Assembly (NCBI GenBank): GCA_029960955.1
Contig: JASBVS010000002.1
Span: forward strand, 146,470-210,469
Length of the DNA stretch: 64,000 bases
Origin: Bacillota bacterium
GTDB lineage: Bacteria > Bacillota > Sulfobacillia > JAIMAT01
Reading direction: 5' to 3'
The notes beneath the pieces are model-generated. The model saw only the letters and a program-made list of their open reading frames with translations. It was not told the origin of the DNA and did no database searches. The translations under genes and the position numbers were made by a program. Each line of letters opens with the position of its first letter. Positions within the stretch are counted from its first letter, which is position 1. Below, piece by piece: positions 52,848 to 64,000 of the stretch.

Positions 52848-53405
52848 ATGGAGACGGCCACCTGGACCGGCGTGGTGGGCCTGCCGCTCATCGACCGGAA
52901 GACGGGTCGCAGGCTCGGGGTGGTGGAGGACTTCCTGGTCAGCGCGCCCGACGGCCACGTGATCGGGCTGCTCCTGGACGGCCGCGACCGGAGCGGAAGG
53001 CAGCGCGTCTTCCCCTTCGAGGCGGTGGCCGGGATCGGCTCGGGCGCCGTCCTGACGGAAGAGGCGCAGGCGCTGCTGCCGGTGCCCGACGGGCGCCGGC
53101 TCAACGAGCTCCTGGCGCGCCACCGCCGCCTGATGGGCAAGCCCGTGGTCGACGGGCGCGGGGAGGCGCAAGGAAGCATCGTCGACGTCGCCTTCGACGC
53201 CGGCAGCGGCCGCATCACCGCCATCGGCGTGGCCGACGGCTTCTGGCGGGAGCTGCGCGAGGGGCCGCGCTGGCTGCCGGCCGTCGAGGGGACCGTCTGG
53301 GGCGAGGACGCCGTCATCCTGGGCGGGGCGAGCGGCGGCGAGCGCCCGCGCGTCGCGGCGGCGGAGCCCGCCTCATCCGCCTCATCCGGCTGCGGGGAGG
53401 GTTGA
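52848..53405 (+). CDS. PRC-barrel domain protein
   Basis: Two PRC-like segments (GLPLIDRKTGRRLGVVEDFLV…; GKPVVDGRGEAQGSIVDVAFD…). ATG 52848 has GGAGGTGGAGG upstream. Confidence 0.6.
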   Translation: METATWTGVVGLPLIDRKTGRRLGVVEDFLVSAPDGHVIGLLLDGRDRSGRQRVFPFEAVAGIGSGAVLTEEAQALLPVPDGRRLNELLARHRRLMGKPVVDGRGEAQGSIVDVAFDAGSGRITAIGVADGFWRELREGPRWLPAVEGTVWGEDAVILGGASGGERPRVAAAEPASSASSGCGEG

Positions 53406-53412
53406 AAAGGCG

Positions 53413-53592
53413 ATGAGCTGCCCGCATTGCGGCAGTCGCAAAGTGGGGAAGGTCGACCACCGGCACTACTTCTGCTGGGAGTGCTACGTCGAGTTCGTCC
53501 AGAGGGGCGGGCGCTGGCTCCTCTACCGGATCGACGCCGAGGGCGGGCTGGAACCCCTGGAGCCCGCCGAGCCGGTGCGCGAGCGGCGCTAG
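53413..53592 (+). CDS. small zinc-ribbon protein (59 aa; CxxC-x17-CxxC), absent from the ORF track
   Basis: MSCPHCGSRKVGKVDHRHYFCWECYVEFVQRGGRWLLYRIDAEGGLEPLEPAEPVRERR. High GC3; fills the 53406-53598 gap. Confidence 0.45.
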   Translation: MSCPHCGSRKVGKVDHRHYFCWECYVEFVQRGGRWLLYRIDAEGGLEPLEPAEPVRERR

Positions 53593-53598
53593 CGGGCG

Positions 53599-57418
<3,820 letters not shown>

Positions 57419-57421
57419 GCC

Positions 57422-57751
57422 GTGACCCGTTTCCGCGCCGGCCCCGCCCGCAACGTCAAGAAGCGCCACCACGTGGTGCCGGGCCTGGAGCCGCTGGTGG
57501 ACCGGATCGGCGCGGCGCCGGCGGTGGAGGCGGTCATCCCGGGGCGGATCCGGCCGCTGGAGCGGGGCGCGGCGCCCAGCGTCACCTTCCAGTACCGGAC
57601 GGAGAGCGGCTTCAAGCTCCTGGGTCGCGCCGGGGGCGCGGTCCAGGAGATCTTCGTCGTGACGGGCGAGCCCGAGGAGGCGCTCCGCTGGTGCGTGCAG
57701 GCGGGCCTGGTGGAACCGCTGCGAGGTGGCCGCGATGATACCGGTCGGTGA
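57422..57751 (+). CDS. hypothetical protein (109 aa)
   Basis: GTG lies 4 nt after the alaS stop. No family recognised. It overlaps the rhomboid start by 17 nt in another frame. Confidence 0.4.
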   Translation: MTRFRAGPARNVKKRHHVVPGLEPLVDRIGAAPAVEAVIPGRIRPLERGAAPSVTFQYRTESGFKLLGRAGGAVQEIFVVTGEPEEALRWCVQAGLVEPLRGGRDDTGR

Positions 57752-58430
57752 CGACGTCCGCTCGCGGCGCTTCCCCTGGGTGACCGTCCTGCTGGTGGCC
57801 GCCGACGTCCTGATCTTCCTGCACGAGCTGGGCATGACGCCCGCCCAGCTCGATCTCTTCTACTCCCGCTGGGGGCTGATCCCGGCGCGGCTGGTGGAGA
57901 GCTGGTCGAGCCGGGGGCCGCTGGCGCCCTCCAGCTGGGAGCCGCTGGTCACCGCCATCTTCCTCCACGGCTCCTGGCTGCACGTGATCGGCAACATGAT
58001 CTTCCTCTGGATCTTCGGGGACAACGTGGAGGACCTGATGGGCCACTTCCGCTACCTCGTCTTCTACCTGCTGACCGGCGTCATCGGCAACGGCGTGCAG
58101 ACGCTCTTCTACCCCGACTCGACCGTCGTGATCATCGGCGCCAGCGGCGCCATCGCCGGCGTCCTCGGCGCCTACCTCGTCAAGTACCCCTGGGCGCGGG
58201 TGACGACGGTCATCCCGCTCGGCTTCTTCATCGTGCCGCTGCACATCCCGGCGGCGGTCTTCCTGGTCTTCTGGTTCGCGGTCCAGCTCCTCTCCGGCGC
58301 GGCCAGCCTGGGGGTGGAGTACGCCTCGGGCGGGGTAGCCTACTGGGTGCACGTGGGCGGCTTCCTCGCCGGCGCCTCGCTGGTCTCGCTCTTCCAGACG
58401 GAGCGGACCGCGCCCTACACGCGGAGGTGA
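57735..58430 (+). CDS. rhomboid-family intramembrane serine protease
   Basis: 6 TM segments; GASGAIAGVLGAY (GxSG) and catalytic His in AYWVHVGGFLAG. Confidence 0.85.
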   Translation: MIPVGDDVRSRRFPWVTVLLVAADVLIFLHELGMTPAQLDLFYSRWGLIPARLVESWSSRGPLAPSSWEPLVTAIFLHGSWLHVIGNMIFLWIFGDNVEDLMGHFRYLVFYLLTGVIGNGVQTLFYPDSTVVIIGASGAIAGVLGAYLVKYPWARVTTVIPLGFFIVPLHIPAAVFLVFWFAVQLLSGAASLGVEYASGGVAYWVHVGGFLAGASLVSLFQTERTAPYTRR

Positions 58431-58927
58431 GCCGGCTGGGGCGGGTGCTGGGCGTCGACGTGGGCGGGCGGCGCATCGGCCTGGCCGTCAGCGACCCGCT
58501 GGGCTGGACGGCGCAGCCCTACCGGACGCTGGAGCGGGGGCGGGAGGAGGCTGCGACGCTGGCCGAGCTCCGGGAGATCTGCCGCCGGCTCGGGGTGGAG
58601 CGGATCGTCGTCGGGCTTCCCCGCACGCTTCGCGGCGAGATCGGCCCGCAGGCGCGGGCGGTGGAGGCCTTCGCCCGCGCCCTGGCCGGGGCGACGGGGC
58701 TGCCGGTGGAGTTCGAGGACGAGCGGCTGACCACGGTCGAGGCGGAGCGAGCCATGCTGGAGGCCGACCTCTCGCGGCGACGGCGGAAGCGCGCCGTCGA
58801 CCGGACGGCGGCGGCGCTCATCCTCCAGGCCTACCTGGAACGGCGTCGCCGGCAAGCCGGCGGGAAGGCGCGGGGGGAGGAGGAGGCGCCCGGCGGAGGC
58901 GAGAGCGCGGGGGAGCCGCTCGATTGA
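58427..58927 (+). CDS. ruvX: Holliday-junction-resolvase-like pre-16S rRNA nuclease YqgF/RuvX
   Basis: LGVDVGGRRIGLAVSD…; RNase H-like YqgF pattern. Confidence 0.85.
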   Translation: MSRLGRVLGVDVGGRRIGLAVSDPLGWTAQPYRTLERGREEAATLAELREICRRLGVERIVVGLPRTLRGEIGPQARAVEAFARALAGATGLPVEFEDERLTTVEAERAMLEADLSRRRRKRAVDRTAAALILQAYLERRRRQAGGKARGEEEAPGGGESAGEPLD

Positions 58928-59005
58928 CGCCCCCAGGGGCGGTCACTAGAATGTGTGCGTGCTGTATGCGGCGGGGGAGCCCGCCGGGAGCGAGGTGAGT
59001 CCGCC

Positions 59006-59422
59006 ATGGACGAGCAGGATCGGGAGGACCAGGATTTCGTGGTGTTGACAGACGAGAACGGCGAGGAGCACCGCTTCGAACTCCTCGACGTGATCAGCGT
59101 GGATGCGAACGAGTACGCCGTCCTGGCCGATCCTGAGTCGGAGAACGAGGCCTTTGTCCTGCGGATCGATACGGACGCCGAGGGGAACGAGACCCTCAGC
59201 GAAGTCCAGGACGAGGAGGAGTGGAACCAGGTGGCGGCCGCCTGGGAGCGCCTCCAGGACGAGGACTGGGACGACGAGGACGAGGACGAGGAAGAGGACG
59301 AGGACGAGGACTGGGAAGAGGAGTTCGACGCCGACTACGAGGACGAGTCGGAGGACGACCTGGAGGAGGATGACGAGGACGGGGGAGACGAGCCGGAGGA
59401 GCCGCGCCGCCCGGATCGCTGA
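59006..59422 (+). CDS. DUF1292-family protein (YrzB-like) with strongly acidic C-terminal tail
   Basis: EEHRFELLDVISVDANEYAVL core. ATG 59006 has GAGGTGA 6 nt upstream. The C-terminal D/E repeat is built from GAC/GAG codon repeats. Confidence 0.7.
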   Translation: MDEQDREDQDFVVLTDENGEEHRFELLDVISVDANEYAVLADPESENEAFVLRIDTDAEGNETLSEVQDEEEWNQVAAAWERLQDEDWDDEDEDEEEDEDEDWEEEFDADYEDESEDDLEEDDEDGGDEPEEPRRPDR

Positions 59423-59450
59423 GCGGGCGGAGCCCTCGGAACCGGTCCAG

Positions 59451-59500
59451 GGAGGCGGCCCGCGCCGGGAGGGGAAGCCGGCGCGGGCCGTCGCCGCCTC
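59451..59500 (+). other. long imperfect GC hairpin downstream of the DUF1292 gene (possible rho-independent-like terminator without U-tract)
   Basis: GGAGGCGGCCCGCGCCGG-gaggggaag-CCGGCGCGGGCCG(tcg)CCGCCTCC. Confidence 0.3.
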
Positions 59501-59576
59501 CCCCGCGCCGGCGTATCGCGGAGGCCCCGGAATGGGCAGAGATGGAGAGCGAAGGCCCGCGCGGAGGTGAAAGGCG

Positions 59577-60425
59577 ATGAGCTTCAGCCTGTTCGACCTC
59601 TTCTGGCTCTTCCTGATCGCCGCTTCCTTCTCGCCGCTCCTGCAGCAGCACCTGCGCGAGTCGCGCCGCCTCTCGGTCATCCGCGCGCTGGAGAGGAAGC
59701 GCCAGAGCCGCGTCGTCACGCTCATCCACCGCCAGGAGTCGCTCGCCTTCCTGGGTATCCCCATCAGCCGCTACATCGACATCGACGACTCGGAGGCCGT
59801 CCTGCGCGCCGTCAAGCTGACGCCCGACGACATGCCGCTGGACATCGTCCTGCACACGCCGGGCGGGCTGGTGCTGGCCGCCGAGCAGATCGCCCACGCC
59901 CTCGTCCGCCGCAGCGGGCCGGTGACCGTCTTCGTCCCCCACTACGCCATGAGCGGCGGCACGCTCCTCGCCCTGGCCGCCGACGAGATCGTCATGGACG
60001 AGAACGCGGTGCTGGGCCCGGTCGACCCCCAGATCGGCCAGTACGCCGCCGCCGACATTCTCAAAGTGGTGGAGAGCAAGCCGCTGGCGGAGATCGACGA
60101 CGAGACGCTGATCCGGGCCGAGATGGCGCGCAAGGCGATGCGCCAGGTCTACGAGCTGGTGGTCACCATCACCCGCGCCAACGGCATGAGCGAGGAGGCG
60201 GCCGTGCGCGTGGCCGAGGCGCTGAGCACCGGGCGCTGGACGCACGACTACCCCGTCACCGTGGAGAAGGCGAAGGAGCTGGGACTGCCGGTCCGGGTGG
60301 GGCTTCCTGCGGAGGTCTACGAGCTGATGGAGCTCTACCCGCAGCCGGCCCAGCGGCGCCCCTCCGTCCAGTACATCCCCGTCCCCTACGAGCGCGAGCC
60401 CCGCCTGCCGCGGCGCGGCCGCTGA
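59577..60425 (+). CDS. SDH-family (serine dehydrogenase proteinase) Clp-fold membrane-anchored serine peptidase
   Basis: N-terminal TM helix, then LHTPGGLVLAAEQIAHAL…VPHYAMSGGTLLALAADEIVM, a ClpP/SppA-like Ser region. Confidence 0.7.
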   Translation: MSFSLFDLFWLFLIAASFSPLLQQHLRESRRLSVIRALERKRQSRVVTLIHRQESLAFLGIPISRYIDIDDSEAVLRAVKLTPDDMPLDIVLHTPGGLVLAAEQIAHALVRRSGPVTVFVPHYAMSGGTLLALAADEIVMDENAVLGPVDPQIGQYAAADILKVVESKPLAEIDDETLIRAEMARKAMRQVYELVVTITRANGMSEEAAVRVAEALSTGRWTHDYPVTVEKAKELGLPVRVGLPAEVYELMELYPQPAQRRPSVQYIPVPYEREPRLPRRGR

Positions 60426-60550
60426 CGCCCCGCCCTCTGGAAAGCGAACCGGGATCTGGAATTCGCACGCGGGAGGAGCGCGGGAGCGCCGCGTGGTACT
60501 GCCGAAAAGCCTCCCTTTTCCAAGGAAGAGGCGAAGGAGGTGGCTTTCCG

Positions 60551-61849
60551 GTGCGCCGCGCGCTCGCTCTGCTGGCCGCGGGGCTCCTGCTGGCCGCCGG
60601 TTGCGCCGCGCCCTCCGCGCCCGCGCAGACCGGCAACCAGGGCGGCTCGCAGGGGCAGGCGAAGAGCTCGGGGCCGGTCACCATCGTCTGGTCCTCGGGC
60701 CCGCTCTCCAACCTGGGGCTGCGCCAGCAGCTGATCGACATGTTCGAGCAGCAGCACCCGGAGATCAGGGTCCAGCTCAACCAGCTGCCCAACTCGACCG
60801 ACACGCAGCGGAACACCTACGTGACGCAGATCTCTTCCGGCAGCCCGACGCCGGACGTCTACTCGGGCGACGTCATCTGGCCGGCCCAGTTCGCCGCCCA
60901 CGGCCTGGCGATGCCGCTCGACCGCTACTTTCCCAGGAGCGTCACCGCCCGGCTGATCCCCGGCGCGGTCCAGGCCGACACCTTCCAGGGGAAGCTGTAC
61001 GCCGTCCCCTGGTTCACCGACGCCGGCTTCCTCTACTACAGGAAGGACCTGCTGCAGAGGTACGACCTGCCCGTCCCCGCCACCTGGGACCAGCTCTTCC
61101 AGGAGGCGCAGACGCTGCAGCAGAGGGGCGCCGTGCGCTACGGCTTCGTCTTCCAGGGGGCGCAGTACGAGGGACTGGTCTGCGACTTCACGGAGATGCT
61201 GGCCGGCGCGGGCGGGCAGGTGCTGGCGCCCGACGGCAAGGTGCTCCTCGACTCCCCGCAGGCGGTGAAGGCGGCCCAGTTCCTCCGCAAGCTGGTCCAG
61301 AGCGGCGTCGCCCCCGAGGCGGTCAGCACCTACCAGGAGCCCGACTCGCTCAACGTCTTCGCCACGGGCGACGCGGCCTTCCTGCGCAACTGGCCCTACG
61401 CCTGGGCGGTGCTGAACGACCCCCAGCAGTCGAAGGTCGTGGGCAAGGTGGGGATGGCGGTCCTGCCCGACTGGCCGGGCGGCACGCAGGGGCCGGCGGC
61501 GCTGGGCGGCTGGAACCTCTTCATCAACCCGCACTCCAAGCACGTCGACGCGGCCGTCACCTTCATCAAGTTCCTGATCAGCCCCCAGGCGCAGAAGTTC
61601 ATCGCGCTGAAGGGCGGGCACCTGCCGGTGCTCCTCTCCGCCTACGACGACCAGGAAGTCCGCTCGGCCAACCCCTTCTTCGCGCTCAAGCCGACCGTCG
61701 TGCCGCGACCCAGCTGGACGCCCAACTATCCGGAGCTCTCCTCCAAGCTGCAGGTGGCGCTGCACGACATCCTGACCGGCCAGGTGACGCCCGCCGCCGG
61801 CATCCGCCAGGCCAGCCAGGAGATCCGGCAGGTCGTCGGGCAGCAGTGA
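60551..61849 (+). CDS. ABC transporter substrate-binding lipoprotein (family-1 sugar-binding, maltose/trehalose-like)
   Basis: GTG 60551 has GAAGGAGGTG 7 nt upstream. Lipobox LLAAGC; SBP_bac_1-like length and pattern. Confidence 0.8.
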   Translation: MRRALALLAAGLLLAAGCAAPSAPAQTGNQGGSQGQAKSSGPVTIVWSSGPLSNLGLRQQLIDMFEQQHPEIRVQLNQLPNSTDTQRNTYVTQISSGSPTPDVYSGDVIWPAQFAAHGLAMPLDRYFPRSVTARLIPGAVQADTFQGKLYAVPWFTDAGFLYYRKDLLQRYDLPVPATWDQLFQEAQTLQQRGAVRYGFVFQGAQYEGLVCDFTEMLAGAGGQVLAPDGKVLLDSPQAVKAAQFLRKLVQSGVAPEAVSTYQEPDSLNVFATGDAAFLRNWPYAWAVLNDPQQSKVVGKVGMAVLPDWPGGTQGPAALGGWNLFINPHSKHVDAAVTFIKFLISPQAQKFIALKGGHLPVLLSAYDDQEVRSANPFFALKPTVVPRPSWTPNYPELSSKLQVALHDILTGQVTPAAGIRQASQEIRQVVGQQ

Positions 61850-61934
61850 GAGGCGCGGGCCGGCCGGGGCAGGCGCCGCGGGGCGCCCGCTCTCCGGCCG
61901 GCCCGCAGGCGGCTGCGCAGCTGACGAAGGGGGG

Positions 61935-62831
61935 ATGGATCTGAGGCGGAGGGCGATCGGATGGCTCCTCCTGCTTCCTGCGGCGCTGGTGATGTCCGGC
62001 GTCGCCCTGCTTCCCACGGCGCTCACCGTCGGGCAGAGCTTCTACCGGGTGACGCTGACGCCGGCGGGCTTCGCCTCCACCTGGGCGGGCCTCCGCAACT
62101 ACGGGCTCCTCCTGGCCAGCGACGAGTTCCGGCAGGCTCTGGCCTTCACGCTCCTCTTCACCGTGGCGACGGTGGCGGCGGAGCTGCTCCTGGGCCTCCT
62201 GCTGGCGCTGGCCATCCGCTCCACGCTCCCCGGGCGGGGGCTGGTGCGGACGCTGATGCTGGTCCCCTGGGCGCTGATCACGGTCGTCTCGGCCGAGGCG
62301 TGGCGGTTCATCGACGACGGCACCTACGGCGTGGCCAACGCCATCCTGATGGGGCTCGGGCTGATCGACCACCGCGTCGCCTGGCTCAGCCAGCCGGGCC
62401 TGGCGGTGGGGGCGCTGATGGTGGCCGACGTCTGGAAGACGGTCCCCTTCGTCGGCCTCCTGCTGCTGGCGGGCCTCGAGACCATACCGGACGAGCTCCA
62501 CGAGGCGAGCCGCATCGACGGCGCCTCGGGCTGGCGCGGCTTCTGGACCATCACCCTGCCGCTGCTCCGGCCGAGCATCCTGCTCGCCCTGCTCTACCGG
62601 ACGATCCAGGCCTTCGTCGGCCTCTTCGACCTGCCCTTCGTCATGACCGGCGGCGGGCCCGGCTACGCCACCGAGTCGGTGGCCATCTACGCCTGGAAGC
62701 AGATGTTCCAGAACCTCCGCTTCGGCGAGGGGGCGGCCGCCAGCGTCTTCGCCTTCCTGGTGGCGCTGGCGCTGGCGCTCCTCTACGTCCGCCTGGTGGC
62801 GCCCTCCGCCCTCGGGGGGGAGGAAGCGTGA
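61935..62831 (+). CDS. ABC sugar transporter permease (MalF/UgpA-like)
   Basis: 6 TM segments; EAA loop region EASRIDGASGWRGFWTITLPLLRP. Confidence 0.85.
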   Translation: MDLRRRAIGWLLLLPAALVMSGVALLPTALTVGQSFYRVTLTPAGFASTWAGLRNYGLLLASDEFRQALAFTLLFTVATVAAELLLGLLLALAIRSTLPGRGLVRTLMLVPWALITVVSAEAWRFIDDGTYGVANAILMGLGLIDHRVAWLSQPGLAVGALMVADVWKTVPFVGLLLLAGLETIPDELHEASRIDGASGWRGFWTITLPLLRPSILLALLYRTIQAFVGLFDLPFVMTGGGPGYATESVAIYAWKQMFQNLRFGEGAAASVFAFLVALALALLYVRLVAPSALGGEEA

Positions 62832-63664
62832 CCCGCCTCCGCCGCCTGGCGCGACGCCTGGCCCAGGGGGTGCTGCTGGCGGCGATCGTCCTCTTCATCC
62901 TCGGGCCGATCGCCTGGATGCTCTCCGCCTCCTTCACCCGGCCCGTCGACCTGAGCAGCTGGCCGCCCCACCTCCTGCCGCCCGTCCCCACGTGGGGCAA
63001 CTACCGGGATGCGGTCGCCTCGCAGGGGTTCGGGCTCTACCTTCGCAACAGCGCCGTGGTCTCGCTCCTGGCCACCTTCCTGACGCTCCTCCTGGGCGCG
63101 CTGGCCGCCTACCCGCTGGCGCGCATGCGCCTCCCCGGCCGGCAGGTGATCCTCGTGGCGGTGCTGGGGCTGAGCATGTTCCCCTCGCTGGCGGTCCTCC
63201 TGCCGCTCTTCTCGCTGATGCAGCGGATCGGCTGGCTGAACAGCTACCCGGCGCTGATCCTGCCCTACACCGCCTTCAACCTGCCGATCACGATCTGGAT
63301 CCTGGCCGTCTTCTTCCGCGGCATCCCGCGCGAGCTGGAGGAGGCGGCCGAGGTGGACGGGGCGGGGCTGGCCACCGTGCTGGGCCGGGTCGTCCTCCCG
63401 CTGGCGGGCCCGGGGCTGGGGACCGCCTCGATCCTGGTCTTCATCGCCGACTGGACGGAGTTCCTCTTCGCCCTCACCTTCAACAGCCAGGCCGAGATGC
63501 GCACGCTCCCGGTCGGCATCGCCCTCTTCGGCGGCCAGTACCTCCTGCCCTGGGGGACCATCTTCGCGGGCGCGGTGATCGCCATCCTGCCTCCGGTCCT
63601 TCTGGTGGTGCTCTTCCAGCGCTGGGTGGTGGCCGGGCTGACGTCGGGCGCCGTCAAGGGCTAG
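62828..63664 (+). CDS. ABC sugar transporter permease (MalG/UgpE-like)
   Basis: GTGA overlap with the upstream permease; EAA loop EAAEVDGAGLATVLGRVVLPLAGP. Confidence 0.85.
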   Translation: MTRLRRLARRLAQGVLLAAIVLFILGPIAWMLSASFTRPVDLSSWPPHLLPPVPTWGNYRDAVASQGFGLYLRNSAVVSLLATFLTLLLGALAAYPLARMRLPGRQVILVAVLGLSMFPSLAVLLPLFSLMQRIGWLNSYPALILPYTAFNLPITIWILAVFFRGIPRELEEAAEVDGAGLATVLGRVVLPLAGPGLGTASILVFIADWTEFLFALTFNSQAEMRTLPVGIALFGGQYLLPWGTIFAGAVIAILPPVLLVVLFQRWVVAGLTSGAVKG

Positions 63665-64000
63665 AGCCGCCCGCGGCCGCCGGCGCCGCGCCGCCGCGCC
63701 CCCCTCGCCGCACCCCCTGCCGGCGCTGCGCCTCTTGCAGTACGATGCGGGCAGCACCGGTCGACGGAGCAGGGCCCCGTCCGGGGCCGCGAGGTGAACC
63801 TCCACGCGCGCGAAGTGGGTCTGGGCCGGCGCTCTCGCGCTGGCGCTGGTCGTCCTGGGCTGGGTGGGCGACATCCCCTGGAGGGCGCCCGGCGGAGGCG
63901 GCTCTCCAGCCCGCCCGCAGACCGCCGTCCGCACGGGCCTTCCGGCGGCTCGCCCGCGCCCGCCGGCAGCGCACGTGGCCAGGGCGGGCTCTCCCCCCGG

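Noticed and set aside
59220-59420. Short tandem GAC/GAG/GAA repeats that could be mistaken for a CRISPR or minisatellite
   Set aside because: They are in frame within the DUF1292 gene and encode its poly-Asp/Glu tail. There is no repeat-spacer periodicity.
60540-60734. 64-aa ORF MAFRCAARSLCW… overlapping the start of the ABC substrate-binding protein
   Set aside because: It is a frame-shifted shadow of the SBP gene's signal-peptide region. The SBP frame has the RBS (GAAGGAGGTG) and a lipobox.

Overview
High-GC (roughly 70%+ by eye) bacterial chromosome segment with Firmicutes/Clostridia-like gene order. It resembles Symbiobacterium/Thermaerobacter-type genomes. Almost all real genes are on the + strand. 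The many long antisense or out-of-frame ORFs in the track are GC artefacts, which I checked by third-codon-position GC bias. Contents in order: a cell-wall (dcw-type) block murE(partial)-murF-mraY-ftsW-murG-murC-murB-murA with no murD and no ftsQAZ; a glycosylation cassette (GT9 heptosyltransferase-like, GT4, flippase-like membrane protein, heptose-7-P kinase) plus ubiE/menG; heme genes hemA-hemC-hemD-hemB; a split B12-dependent acyl-CoA mutase (IcmA/IcmB-like) with MeaB GTPase and an acyl-CoA dehydrogenase; convergent DD-carboxypeptidase; NUDIX hydrolase, ComB-like phosphatase; tRNA-Pro(CGG) on the - strand; MurT/GatD lipid-II amidation pair; a TPR protein, a low-complexity protein and a COG3044-type 'ABC-class' ATPase; secDF behind a near-consensus promoter; a ChlI-like AAA+/VWA (ChlD-like) pair sitting where recJ-apt usually lie; relA-dtd; SH3b lipoprotein; convergent SleB-like cell-wall hydrolase; hisS-aspS; threonine aldolase; class-III aminotransferase; rarA; Rrf2(IscR/CymR-like)-cysteine desulfurase-mnmA; PRC-barrel protein; a small unlisted zinc-ribbon ORF; AI-2E permease; alaS; small ORF + rhomboid; ruvX/yqgF; DUF1292; SDH-type Clp-fold proteinase; and an ABC sugar transporter (SBP + 2 permeases). 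No CRISPR array, IS element or rRNA was seen. The most unusual items are the ChlI/VWA pair, the COG3044 ATPase neighbourhood, the heptose cassette attached to the mur block, an IscR-type operator before rrf2, and a terminator-like leader directly in front of ltaE.
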